A DNA stretch of 64,000 nt from Candidatus Hydrogenedentota bacterium (lineage in GTDB: Bacteria > Hydrogenedentota > Hydrogenedentia > Hydrogenedentales > SLHB01), in NCBI GenBank assembly GCA_963745075.1, contig CAVUWV010000021.1:137841-201840 (forward strand), given 5' to 3'. The position numbers and the translations under genes were made by a program. Positions within the stretch are counted from its first letter, which is position 1; each line of letters opens with the position of its first letter. The notes below the pieces were generated by a model. It saw nothing but the letters and a program-made list of their open reading frames with translations, was not told where the DNA came from and ran no database searches. Of this stretch, positions 43,523-52,758 are shown in pieces.

Positions 43523-44686
43523 ATGCGATCCATCGATTTCGACCAACACAATGCTGAAGTGGACGCGGTTTCGACTGCGTATCGGGCGGGGAAGCCGCTA
43601 CGCGTTCCGCTTATCTTCGGCATCAACCCCCGCTTCACACAGGATATCCCCAAAGCCAACCCCAATGGGGTTTCGTTTCACGAATACCTGAGCGATCCCG
43701 ATTGCATGTTGCAGCGACAGTTGCTTCATCAGGAATGGGTCCGGTTCAACATCCCACAAGACCAGGTGATGGGCTATCCGAAAGACGGGTGGCCGGTCTA
43801 CGTGGATTTTCAAAACACCTACGAAGCGGCATGGCTGGGCTGCCCGGTGAACTTCCGGGACAACCAGGTTCCCGATACGACGCCACTGCTGGCCGACGAC
43901 GATAAGAAGAATCTCCTGTTTGACGCCGGGATCCCGGACCCTTTCCGCGGTGGGTTGATGGCCCAGAACTGGTCGTACTACGAGCATTTCTGCGAGGTTC
44001 GCGACCGCGGCGTTGCCTACAAGGGCCTTCCCATCGGCGAGGTGACTGCAAGCGGGCTGGGCACGGACGGTCCCGTCACGGTCGCGTGCAATGTTCGTGG
44101 CGCCACGGAGTTCTTGACGGATCTCGCCTGCCATCCGGAGTACGCGCGCCAACTGCTGGATTTCATCACCGAAGCCACGATCGCACGCATTCAGGCCTAT
44201 CGCAAACGTCTCGACTTGCCGCTCAAAACGGAGGGGTGGTCTTTTGCGGACGATTCCATTCAGCTGATCTCCACGGAAATGTACGAGGAACTTGTCTATC
44301 CCTATCACAAACGCCTCATGGATACCTTCAGCGATGGCGGCCCAAACGGCATTCATCTCTGCGGAAACGCGACACGTCATTTCCCGTTCCTAAGAGATCA
44401 TCTGAACATTCGAAACTTCGACACGGGATTTCCTGTGGACTTCTCGTGGCTACGGGAAACGCTGGGACCCGACGTCGAGATACAGGGAGGGCCGTCCGTG
44501 CCGTTTCTGTTGGATGCCTCACCCGATGAAGTGACCGCGGAGGTGCGGCGAATTCTGTCAAGCGGCATCATGGAAGGTGGGCGCTTTGTCTTGCGAGAAG
44601 GGAACAATCTCGCGCCGGCCGTGCCGATGGAGAACCTTTGGGCCATGTACGATGCCAACCGAGAATGGGGACGGTATGCGAATTAG
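43523..44686 (+). CDS. Uroporphyrinogen decarboxylase/MtaA-CmuA-like protein
   Basis: ADDSIQLIS..Y..LVYPY, IHLCG, C-terminal GNNLAPAVPMENL. Confidence 0.85.
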   Translation: MRSIDFDQHNAEVDAVSTAYRAGKPLRVPLIFGINPRFTQDIPKANPNGVSFHEYLSDPDCMLQRQLLHQEWVRFNIPQDQVMGYPKDGWPVYVDFQNTYEAAWLGCPVNFRDNQVPDTTPLLADDDKKNLLFDAGIPDPFRGGLMAQNWSYYEHFCEVRDRGVAYKGLPIGEVTASGLGTDGPVTVACNVRGATEFLTDLACHPEYARQLLDFITEATIARIQAYRKRLDLPLKTEGWSFADDSIQLISTEMYEELVYPYHKRLMDTFSDGGPNGIHLCGNATRHFPFLRDHLNIRNFDTGFPVDFSWLRETLGPDVEIQGGPSVPFLLDASPDEVTAEVRRILSSGIMEGGRFVLREGNNLAPAVPMENLWAMYDANREWGRYAN

Positions 44687-44715
44687 GAATTGGCCTTCAG
44701 CCAATTCGGACGGGC

Positions 44716-46986
44716 CTATGGGTCGAGCAGCACGATCGTCGTGCCGGACAGATTGATCGTGCGACTCGTGTCGTCTTCAAACACAATCCGGATCGTTCGC
44801 GGCGTGTACGCGCGATCTTCCAAAACGAGTTCGCTGTCGCGCAACTTGGCGTTGATGCTATCAATGCCAAAAGCTCCTCCGCGTTTCCGGTCCACGTAGA
44901 CGTCTCCCCAATGATCGCGAATGCGGTTGCGCGCCTCTGCCGCCGCACCGTTCCCCCACGAAAAGATGGTAAACGGCCCAATTCCTTCGCCCTCCTCCGA
45001 CGCCGTCCCACCGTGTCCGAAGTTCTCCATCGTGAACCCGTAATCCTCGGGACCGAAGAAGGGATGCACCTTTTCGTACAACACTTTCTGGCGGGGATTC
45101 TCGGGGCAGTACATCATGACGAAGGCGGATTTCAGTGCTGCCACTCCGCGTTCAAAAAGTTGCGTATCGCCGGTTTCCTTGTAGTAGTCCATAAACAATT
45201 CCGCGAACAGGCACTCCCGGGAATCATTCCACTCTCCGTCGCAGTTCATGACGCCGAAACCACCTAGCGCAGGAATGGGTATGTACGGCGGTTGCCAGAC
45301 CTGTTGGGTCATGCTGAGTTCATCCAGCGTGCGCCGCCCCCAGCGTAGGTACTCCTCGTCGCCCGTAGCACGATACGCCTCCAGAAGCGCTTCAGCGGTC
45401 CAGAAAACGCAAAAGTTGTTCTGCTTGTACATGGCGCTTCGAGCGATTTGCTCGCCGAGATACTCGGGATAGCCCCACTGGCAACAGGAAAAATAGGTTT
45501 CAAAATCTTCCCAGCGGCCGACGGGGATGATGTCGCGGATCACCGCGTCCATCGCGCGCAGTGCCGCGTCGCGATAACGGGTTTCGTCTGTCAACGCGGC
45601 GAGTTTCAAAAGAAAGGTTACGCTCATGCTGGTCTCGGGCGTCTTTCGGTACTTACCCCAAGGCTCCTGCGTTTCGGGATCGAGCCAAGCGGGAAGAAAG
45701 CCGCTCGCATCTTGAAGAGTCACCAGCCGGTCGGCGTAGCGTTGCGCGTACTCCAGCAACGCCGGATCCTGCTCGAATTCATCGTACCAGCGCAGCATCA
45801 GGAGGCACGTCCAACTCGCGTCGAGCACGTGATACCAGCGATCCGTAACCCCGCTCTTCCTGGGCACACGATCGGAATTGGTCCAATAGCCTTCGCGCCA
45901 GGGTTTCGGCCGGTCTACGGTTGCGCCGTCCACCTCGATCGTTTCATTCGCGGTGCGGTACACGGACGGGAAAAGTCCTTTCGTCTGAGGCGCGGCGAGC
46001 GTAAACGCTTTGATCAAATTGGCGCGCCGCAGTAAATCCGAGTCTTCCGTTCGCACCGCGTAGCGCCGCATCCCTGCACCCACACGAAGTGTTGAGAACC
46101 ATGCCTGGTTCCAAATCGACAGAAACTCGCGCTGAAACCATGGACCGGGGTAGTTGGGCGACTGGCTGACGTTGACAATGAACGGAGGACCTCCCACGCG
46201 CTTGCCGTCTATTTCAAATTCCTGCCACATGCTGTCCTTCCACGAATCGAAGGCCCAGTGGTACGTATGGTCCACGTACGTGTCCATGGGAACACGCAGG
46301 GGCTCACCCTGGGCGTAGAGTGGACGTGCGAAGCGCTCCCATAAAAAGTGCGACACGCGCGCCCACGGATTCACCGGCGTTTCGTCGTCCCGGTAGAGCG
46401 CAAGGTAAAACCCCAATTCGACGCGGCCCGGTTCAAAGGTCATGCCGGGCTCCTTCTTGAACAGCACATGGAGGGGCACGGAAGTGCGCGACATGCCGAG
46501 CCACATGGTTTGCGCGGGAGCGTCATAGTCCATGAACCAGGGATTATCCGGCCGCGCCCCAACCATAGCCAAATCCGGAACAATGACGAGGACATCGGAT
46601 CCCTTGACAGCGATCATGGCTGGCGAACGGAAGACGTGCTGCGCGATGCAGAAGCCCGCCTCCGGCGCAAGATGCGGCGCCCACCACAAGTCGGGTGTAA
46701 CGCGCAAGTCGAATCGAATAGATAGTTCGTCCTGTTGGACGGGTTGGTCCACATTCCATTGCATGCGGACATGACGCCAACCATCGGCCGTGTCAACTAC
46801 GGAAATTGCCGGCGCGCGATTCTCCAGGAGCGGGCCCGTGAACTCGAACCAATCCTGGTCGCCCAGAGAAGCCGCATAGCGATCATCGGCTTTCGTGATC
46901 CGGCATTGCGGAAGCGCACGTTCGGCGTTGTTCTGAGCGGACGCGGTTGACATTCCGAAGACGACAGCCGCTATAATTCGATACAT
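44716..46986 (-). CDS. Large exported hypothetical protein, probable (alpha/alpha) toroid glycosidase-like
   Basis: Signal peptide; repeated AL..Y..TGD..YL helices; W-rich motifs. Confidence 0.7.
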   Translation of the reverse strand: MYRIIAAVVFGMSTASAQNNAERALPQCRITKADDRYAASLGDQDWFEFTGPLLENRAPAISVVDTADGWRHVRMQWNVDQPVQQDELSIRFDLRVTPDLWWAPHLAPEAGFCIAQHVFRSPAMIAVKGSDVLVIVPDLAMVGARPDNPWFMDYDAPAQTMWLGMSRTSVPLHVLFKKEPGMTFEPGRVELGFYLALYRDDETPVNPWARVSHFLWERFARPLYAQGEPLRVPMDTYVDHTYHWAFDSWKDSMWQEFEIDGKRVGGPPFIVNVSQSPNYPGPWFQREFLSIWNQAWFSTLRVGAGMRRYAVRTEDSDLLRRANLIKAFTLAAPQTKGLFPSVYRTANETIEVDGATVDRPKPWREGYWTNSDRVPRKSGVTDRWYHVLDASWTCLLMLRWYDEFEQDPALLEYAQRYADRLVTLQDASGFLPAWLDPETQEPWGKYRKTPETSMSVTFLLKLAALTDETRYRDAALRAMDAVIRDIIPVGRWEDFETYFSCCQWGYPEYLGEQIARSAMYKQNNFCVFWTAEALLEAYRATGDEEYLRWGRRTLDELSMTQQVWQPPYIPIPALGGFGVMNCDGEWNDSRECLFAELFMDYYKETGDTQLFERGVAALKSAFVMMYCPENPRQKVLYEKVHPFFGPEDYGFTMENFGHGGTASEEGEGIGPFTIFSWGNGAAAEARNRIRDHWGDVYVDRKRGGAFGIDSINAKLRDSELVLEDRAYTPRTIRIVFEDDTSRTINLSGTTIVLLDP

Positions 46987-47028
46987 TCGTGAATCCACGA
47001 CTCGTAATCCCCCCAAGATGCGACGGCG

Positions 47029-49191
47029 TCACGCTCCGTTTCGAATGCACGCCATACAGACGCGAATCTCACTATAACTTACATCGCCTTCCAAGGCTTG
47101 AAAAACCGGCTTCAAATGGTTGGTCTCCAACTCGGAGGTGCAAGTACGAACCCGTTCAAGGACGGATTCATGAACCCACGGGGTCGGATCGGTGATGTCA
47201 TGGTTTTCGATGTACTTCACCAGATACCCCTCGATCGTCGACGCCGCGAGTTGCAGGGTTTCACTAACCTCCTCAATGGTTCGCCGTTCGGCAAAAAGTG
47301 CGTCGCACTGACGTTGACGTTCCGCCGCGGATAATCGCCTACCTAGGGACTTCCCGCTCGTACCTGCGCTTCGCGCCGGCGTCGCCGCCGATTTGGCGTC
47401 CAGCCCATGTTCGTTGCAGTAGTTGCGGATGGCCTCGATAAACTCGTCACCGAAGTCGCGCCACTTCTTCTGTCCCACGCCATGAACGCCCAGGAAATCG
47501 ATAGAGTTGGCGGGTCGCTTCCGCGCCATGTCCTGCAGTGAAGCATCGTTGAAGACGACGTAGGGCGGCACGCGGAGTTCCTCGGCCTTCCGGCGGCGCA
47601 ATGCGCGCAGATGTTCAAAAAGCCCCTCGTCCACGCCCTCCCATGATTTGGCGGCCGTTTTCGAGGCCTTCCTCCCCCGCGCTACGGTTTTCGTGAGCGC
47701 CGCCGCGACATCGCCGGAACCGCGCCCCTTGGCCGTTACACTGAGGATGTTGTACTCCCCCCTCTTCTCCAAATAACCCTGGGCCACCAACTGTTCAATC
47801 CAGTCGCGCGCCGCGCGTGGTCCCTCCGAAGCGAGACTTGCGAAGGTGCTGAGGTTGTCGTGGCCTTTGGCCAGGACTCTGTCTTCCATGGCGCCGGAGA
47901 GCACCAGGGCGGTGTACGTCGGGCCGGCCATGGAACCCAGTTCATCCACGCAGGTCAGGATCGAACGAACGATTTCGTCGGAGCCGTCGACCGTATCGAG
48001 CTCCTCAAGGCAATAGTCGCAAGCGCCGCACCGTTCCCTGGGGTAAACTTCGTCGAAGTAGGCCAGCAACGTCTTGCGGCGGCACGCTGCGCCCGTCGCA
48101 TAGCGTTGCATGTCTTCCAGCTTCGAGATGGCAATCGCGACGCCGTCCCCTTCCTGTTTGGAAAGAATGCTTTTCCAAATCATGAAATCTGCACCGGAGT
48201 AAAACAAACGACATTCGGCCTCCAAACCGTCCCGGCCCGCGCGCCCGCTCTCCTGCTGGTAATGCTCGATGGACTTGGGCATGCCCGCGTGAATGACGTA
48301 ACGGACATCAGGTTTGTCAATGCCCATCCCAAACGCGACCGTCGCGACGACAATGTCAGCTTTGTCCCGGATAAAGGCGTCCTGGTTGCGCTTGCGCTCC
48401 TCGTCGCTGAGACCCGCGTGATAGGGCACGGCGTTGTGTCCCGCCGCGTTCAACCGCGCACAAAGTGAATCCACCTCTTTCCGGCTGATGCAATAGATGA
48501 TCCCGGATTCGCCCTCGTGCCGTCCGAGCACGTCCCCGATTTGTTTGAACGCATCCTGGCGGCGTTCCGCGCGGTATACCAGGTTCGGCCGGTCGAACGA
48601 TCCGACCAGTACCTCCGGATCGCGAAGGCCCAGTTCCTCCACGATGTCGTCGCGCACGTGTCGGGTCGCCGTTGCCGTGTAGGCATGCACGTGGATCTCG
48701 GGAAAGGCGTCGCGCAGCCCCCGCAATTGGCGGTATTCCGGCCGGAAGTCGTGGCCCCATTGACTGATGCAGTGCGCCTCATCGACCACCATAAACGAGA
48801 GGTCCGCGTTGTGGAGGTACTCGCGAAACCGTTCCTGCGCCAACCGTTCGGGCGACACGTACAAGATCTTCAACGATCCCTCACGGATGGCCCTGTCTAC
48901 CGACCGCCGTTCCCCCGCGTTCAGCCCACTGTGAATGGCCGCCGCCGGGACGCCATTCGCGGTGAGGGCGTCCACCTGATCTTTCATGAGCGAAATCAGG
49001 GGCGATATGACAACCGCCATGCCCGGCAACGCCAACGCGGGTGCCTGGAAACACAGCGACTTTCCGCCGCCCGTAGGCAGGATGACGACGGAATCCCTGC
49101 GGTCGAGGACCGCCTGCATGGCCTCGCGTTGCAAAGGCCGAAAGCACTCGTAACCCCAATATTGCTGGAGAATCTGTTGTATTTGTTCCAT
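47029..49191 (-). CDS. recQ: ATP-dependent DNA helicase RecQ
   Basis: PTGGGKSLCFQ, VDEAHCISQWGHDFRPEY, TVAFGMGIDK, QESGRAGRDG, Zn, HRDC and C-terminal HTH. Confidence 0.98.
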   Translation of the reverse strand: MEQIQQILQQYWGYECFRPLQREAMQAVLDRRDSVVILPTGGGKSLCFQAPALALPGMAVVISPLISLMKDQVDALTANGVPAAAIHSGLNAGERRSVDRAIREGSLKILYVSPERLAQERFREYLHNADLSFMVVDEAHCISQWGHDFRPEYRQLRGLRDAFPEIHVHAYTATATRHVRDDIVEELGLRDPEVLVGSFDRPNLVYRAERRQDAFKQIGDVLGRHEGESGIIYCISRKEVDSLCARLNAAGHNAVPYHAGLSDEERKRNQDAFIRDKADIVVATVAFGMGIDKPDVRYVIHAGMPKSIEHYQQESGRAGRDGLEAECRLFYSGADFMIWKSILSKQEGDGVAIAISKLEDMQRYATGAACRRKTLLAYFDEVYPRERCGACDYCLEELDTVDGSDEIVRSILTCVDELGSMAGPTYTALVLSGAMEDRVLAKGHDNLSTFASLASEGPRAARDWIEQLVAQGYLEKRGEYNILSVTAKGRGSGDVAAALTKTVARGRKASKTAAKSWEGVDEGLFEHLRALRRRKAEELRVPPYVVFNDASLQDMARKRPANSIDFLGVHGVGQKKWRDFGDEFIEAIRNYCNEHGLDAKSAATPARSAGTSGKSLGRRLSAAERQRQCDALFAERRTIEEVSETLQLAASTIEGYLVKYIENHDITDPTPWVHESVLERVRTCTSELETNHLKPVFQALEGDVSYSEIRVCMACIRNGA

Positions 49192-49277
49192 CGAGATTAC
49201 CGTAATTCTCATACTGCCGCGCGGGCGCACATCTGGCAGCTTGACGAATTTGAGCCGATGATATACACCTATAGCGC

Positions 49278-50282
49278 ATGATTGACGCGAACCTACACCG
49301 TACGCATTTCCGATTCCGGGGGCAAGTGTGCCTGGCCGCCGGGCTGCTCGCCTTGTGCGTTGCCTGCTCCACCGCGGGGAACGACAAGTTGGGCAAGGAG
49401 AGTATTCCCATGAACCGCCTCGACGAACTCTGGGATTTCCAGAATCCGGCGGCAACAGAGTTGCGGTTCCGTGCGTTCATGGCAAGTTCGGAAGACCCGG
49501 CGTTTCGCGCGGAAGCGTTGACCCAGATCGCGCGCGCGCAGGGGCTGCAAAACAAATTTGACGAGGCGAACACAACACTGAACGAGGCCGAGGCACTCAT
49601 CCCGGACGATACACCGGTGCCCCGCATCCGATTGTTGCTGGAACGAGGGCGCGTGCTCAACAGTTCAGGACATCCCGAAGAAAGCCGCGCCTCTTTCCTC
49701 GATGCATTCCAACGTGCCGTGGACGCGAAGCAGGATAATTACGCGGTCGACGCCGCGCACATGCTGGGTATTGTCGAACCGCCGGAAGACCAGGTTGCGT
49801 GGACGGAGAAGGCGTTGAAGATCGCGGAATCCTCCAAGAATCCCCGTGCGCGCCGATGGTTGGGCCCCTTGTACAACAACCTGGGCTGGTCATACCACGA
49901 TTCCGGACACCCCGACCAGGCTTTGAAGTTCTTCGAGCAGGCCCTTGCATGGTATGGAGAACATGGCACCCCGGAGCAGATTCGTATCGCGCGGTGGGCC
50001 GTGGCCCGATCCTTGCGCTCGCTCGGCCGGGTCGAAGAAGCGCTGGAAATACAACGGGCGTTGCTCGTCGAGCTTGAAGCAGCGGGCCAAACGGACGGCT
50101 ACGTATTCGAGGAACTCGCCGAGTGTCTGCTCGCCTTGGGCAAACCCGACGAAGCCATGAAGTACTTCGCCCTCGCCTACCGCGAACTGTCGCAGGACCC
50201 GCGGCTTGCCAAGACCGAGCCCGAACGCATCGAGCGCCTGAAACTGATGAGCGAAAGCGTTGGGGAACAGCGGCAGCAGTAG
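49278..50282 (+). CDS. Tetratricopeptide repeat protein
   Basis: LWDF.NP, TQIARAQGL, LLERGRVLNS, VDAAHML, LYNNLGW; start uncertain (49278 or 49410). Confidence 0.85.
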   Translation: MIDANLHRTHFRFRGQVCLAAGLLALCVACSTAGNDKLGKESIPMNRLDELWDFQNPAATELRFRAFMASSEDPAFRAEALTQIARAQGLQNKFDEANTTLNEAEALIPDDTPVPRIRLLLERGRVLNSSGHPEESRASFLDAFQRAVDAKQDNYAVDAAHMLGIVEPPEDQVAWTEKALKIAESSKNPRARRWLGPLYNNLGWSYHDSGHPDQALKFFEQALAWYGEHGTPEQIRIARWAVARSLRSLGRVEEALEIQRALLVELEAAGQTDGYVFEELAECLLALGKPDEAMKYFALAYRELSQDPRLAKTEPERIERLKLMSESVGEQRQQ

Positions 50283-50306
50283 ATCGGTCAATCATTCTAC
50301 GCTTTC

Positions 50307-51308
50307 TCAGAGCCCAATCTGCATTTGAGTCTCCGTCGTTCGCTTGAGGATCTCTTCCGCCAAGTTCTTGAAGTCGGTGTAACACTTCGAAACTGCGGCG
50401 GCATGCGCGCCAATCGCGCCGTCGGCGGGTGTCAGTTTAAATATTGGCTTCCTCGCGTCTTCTGCGAGCGGCATCAGGCTTTGATAATTCTTAATAAAGC
50501 CGATTCGGTTGCGGTCGGATTCTGGGTCCACCTCGGAGGGAACGCTTCGAAGAACATGCGTTTCGTAGATTGCGGGAATCTTCGAAATCCATCGTTGGTA
50601 GGCTTTCACTGGGCGATTTCTTCGTTCGACATGTTGCATGACTACGTAACCCGCGGGAGACATCGTGCCCATGGGCATCGGTATATCGAGATCTAGCGGT
50701 TTCGCATCTAGACGCTGGCGCCAACCATCGCGCCAATTATGAAGCGTTGGGCCCAGATTTCTGAGTCCTTGGAGAGAGAATAGACCAGGGGCCAAAGGCA
50801 TCACAACGAAGTCCGTCGCGATAAGCGACGCCCGATTGATTGCACCCAGGTTCGGTCCTACATCCAGGAGGACGGTGTCCGCGCCGACCGATTTCGCCGC
50901 GTTCTCAATAATTCGGTAGAAGGCAGTCATAACTCGAAATGCCGCTTTGTCGCCGCCAAGGCACCTCGGCCAACTGTCGGAGAGTCGGTCTTCAAACTGG
51001 GATAGGCCCAAATCCCCCGGAAGAAGGTGGATCTCATCGCGTATTTGCTGCAACGGAGCATCGCCTATGTCGCCCAAACCATCGATGATAGGAGCAATAC
51101 AAGCTAAGATGCTCTGATTCTGGCCGCTCTCAGGCCACAATAGTTCGAGACGTTCTTCGTCAAGAAACATAGTAGTCAGATTTGCTTGCGGATCTAGGTC
51201 AACCGCCAACACTCGTTTACCGAGTTCCGCGCACATCCAAGCGACATGATAGACGAGCGTTGTCTTTCCAACACCACCCTTATTATTGAAGAAAGTAACT
51301 GTCTTCAC
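50307..51308 (-). CDS. ParA/Soj-like (AAA_31) ATPase
   Basis: FFNNKGGVGKTT, DLDPQANLT, DVGPNLGAIN; GTG overlaps upstream TGA. Confidence 0.93.
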   Translation of the reverse strand: MKTVTFFNNKGGVGKTTLVYHVAWMCAELGKRVLAVDLDPQANLTTMFLDEERLELLWPESGQNQSILACIAPIIDGLGDIGDAPLQQIRDEIHLLPGDLGLSQFEDRLSDSWPRCLGGDKAAFRVMTAFYRIIENAAKSVGADTVLLDVGPNLGAINRASLIATDFVVMPLAPGLFSLQGLRNLGPTLHNWRDGWRQRLDAKPLDLDIPMPMGTMSPAGYVVMQHVERRNRPVKAYQRWISKIPAIYETHVLRSVPSEVDPESDRNRIGFIKNYQSLMPLAEDARKPIFKLTPADGAIGAHAAAVSKCYTDFKNLAEEILKRTTETQMQIGL

Positions 51309-52498
51309 GTCGTGGCCTCTCGAATCGTGGCCAAAAAGAATGTGGGTTCACTGATATCAAACTCTGCGGAAGGATTGCCATTCTCTCGTAAGAACCGCTG
51401 AGCTCGTGCAATACCGCGACCAAACCGCTCAACGTATCCAAGAGTATTCATCGCTTCTGCGATCTTGGGATTGCGGTAGTCATTTTGGTTCGGAAAAGTT
51501 TCGGGCGTAACTGCGCCGTACAATCCACCGGGGTTTTGAATCTCTATTCGGTCCGTGAACCAATAGAAGCGTGTAGGGGCGTTCGATTCGTAGTCTCGGT
51601 GCATCACCGCGTTCATTAGCAACTCCCTTATCGCCGGAATGGGATACGGCGATCGTCTCTCCTCCTTGAGAGACGAGACTGTCTCCGATTGTATTGGAAA
51701 CAACGTCTTCAGAAAACTATCCATCTGACGAAGAACGGTAATTAAGTCACCTTCGAATCGTCGCTCGTCTGAAGGCTCTGAGTCGAGCGCCTCACCCTCA
51801 TACCGTACGTACTGGATTGCCGCTCCCGGAAACCAGATGAGAGGATCGCGCGCGAACAGGATTGCGCCTGCATTTGTTGCGCAGGCCTCCCGAGACGACC
51901 AGAAGCCAAGGGATGCCATTTGAAGAAGCATGTCACGATCATTCTCCTCAATAATCTCCGGAGCGATTGCGGCATTTCTGTAAGTGAGTTGAAATAGATC
52001 CAGTACGAGTTCGTCCCGGCCACAACCTCGGCAAGGCCGCAAATCAAAAGTGCGGGCGTGATGAGTGCGCTTCTCAGTGAGAATTCGTTCTTCCTGCTCG
52101 TTCGCAATCGCCTTGCGGTTACCGCGACGTATCCAAACACGACCGCGATAGCGAATGGGAGGAATGCCGGAAGGACGAACCTCGACCACGACCACTTCCC
52201 CTTCCGCAAGTTGCATCTTCTGCACCGTCACAGATGGAAGCGGCTGAATCTGTCCGGAGTCCGCATAGCTGGAGAGCTTCTGCAAGAGGTCGTCAGTTAC
52301 CTCAACGCCTTCGATCGCACCGTCGGAATCTCGTGCACCAATTATCAAGTAACCAGGCATGTTGTTCGAGGGCATATCATTGGCGAACGCACAAATGGCT
52401 TCGCAGAATTTGTCCGTATCTCGCGTAGAAACGGTACGTTCAATGCGATCCGACTCTAGATCGTTCAGCAACTCTCTCAACTCTTGCTCATCAATCAT
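51305..52498 (-). CDS. AlbA_2/Schlafen-like domain fused to HATPase_c_4 (RecG C-terminal-like) domain
   Basis: ESDRIERT, ICAFAN, GYLIIG; IRELLMNAVMHRDY, IEIQNPGG, YRNPKIA, VERFGRG. Confidence 0.9.
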   Translation of the reverse strand: MIDEQELRELLNDLESDRIERTVSTRDTDKFCEAICAFANDMPSNNMPGYLIIGARDSDGAIEGVEVTDDLLQKLSSYADSGQIQPLPSVTVQKMQLAEGEVVVVEVRPSGIPPIRYRGRVWIRRGNRKAIANEQEERILTEKRTHHARTFDLRPCRGCGRDELVLDLFQLTYRNAAIAPEIIEENDRDMLLQMASLGFWSSREACATNAGAILFARDPLIWFPGAAIQYVRYEGEALDSEPSDERRFEGDLITVLRQMDSFLKTLFPIQSETVSSLKEERRSPYPIPAIRELLMNAVMHRDYESNAPTRFYWFTDRIEIQNPGGLYGAVTPETFPNQNDYRNPKIAEAMNTLGYVERFGRGIARAQRFLRENGNPSAEFDISEPTFFLATIREATT

Positions 52499-52595
52499 CC
52501 TCTACATCCTATTGCCTAATTCTCAAGTGCCACCACATCGTTCAGTGAAATATATGCCAGGACATCGTTCAGTATTTGCATGATAAGCTGCCAGT

Positions 52596-52710
52596 GCCGG
52601 GTGAAACGGAAGCGGTTCTTGCTGGCGAGCACCCCGCCGAGGGATAGCCCGGTGAGGCTCATCAGACGATGGGTTGGGATGGGGAGCGTACAGGCTCCCC
52701 ATCTCCTTTC
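52596..52710 (+). ncRNA. Candidate structured RNA inside the IS non-coding end
   Basis: Nested stems GCCGGG/CCCGGT, GCGG/CCGC, TGCT/AGCA with GA-rich internal loops, then perfect 10-bp hairpin GATGGGGAGC/GCTCCCCATC plus TCCTTTC; TGATAAGCT extended -10-like element upstream. Confidence 0.45.
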
Positions 52711-52758
52711 TGAACATCGGATGATAGACCTCCCATGCCTCAGAAAACGCTTTTCCGG

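Noticed and set aside
50307..51308. Chromosome or plasmid partition locus
   Set aside because: No parB, parS or replication gene nearby; the protein is longer than Soj and coupled to an AlbA_2 gene
52636..52660. SAM-I or guanidine-I riboswitch resemblance (GCCGAGGGATAGCCCGGTGAGG)
   Set aside because: Other conserved cores (TTATC, GCAACC, GGTGC; or TAGGGTTCCG) are missing, and it lies inside an IS, not before a metabolic gene
52620..52666. Hammerhead ribozyme (minus-strand CTGATGAG ... GCTC)
   Set aside because: The required GAAA after stem II is absent (GCCAGC follows), and stems I/III with a UH site are not evident
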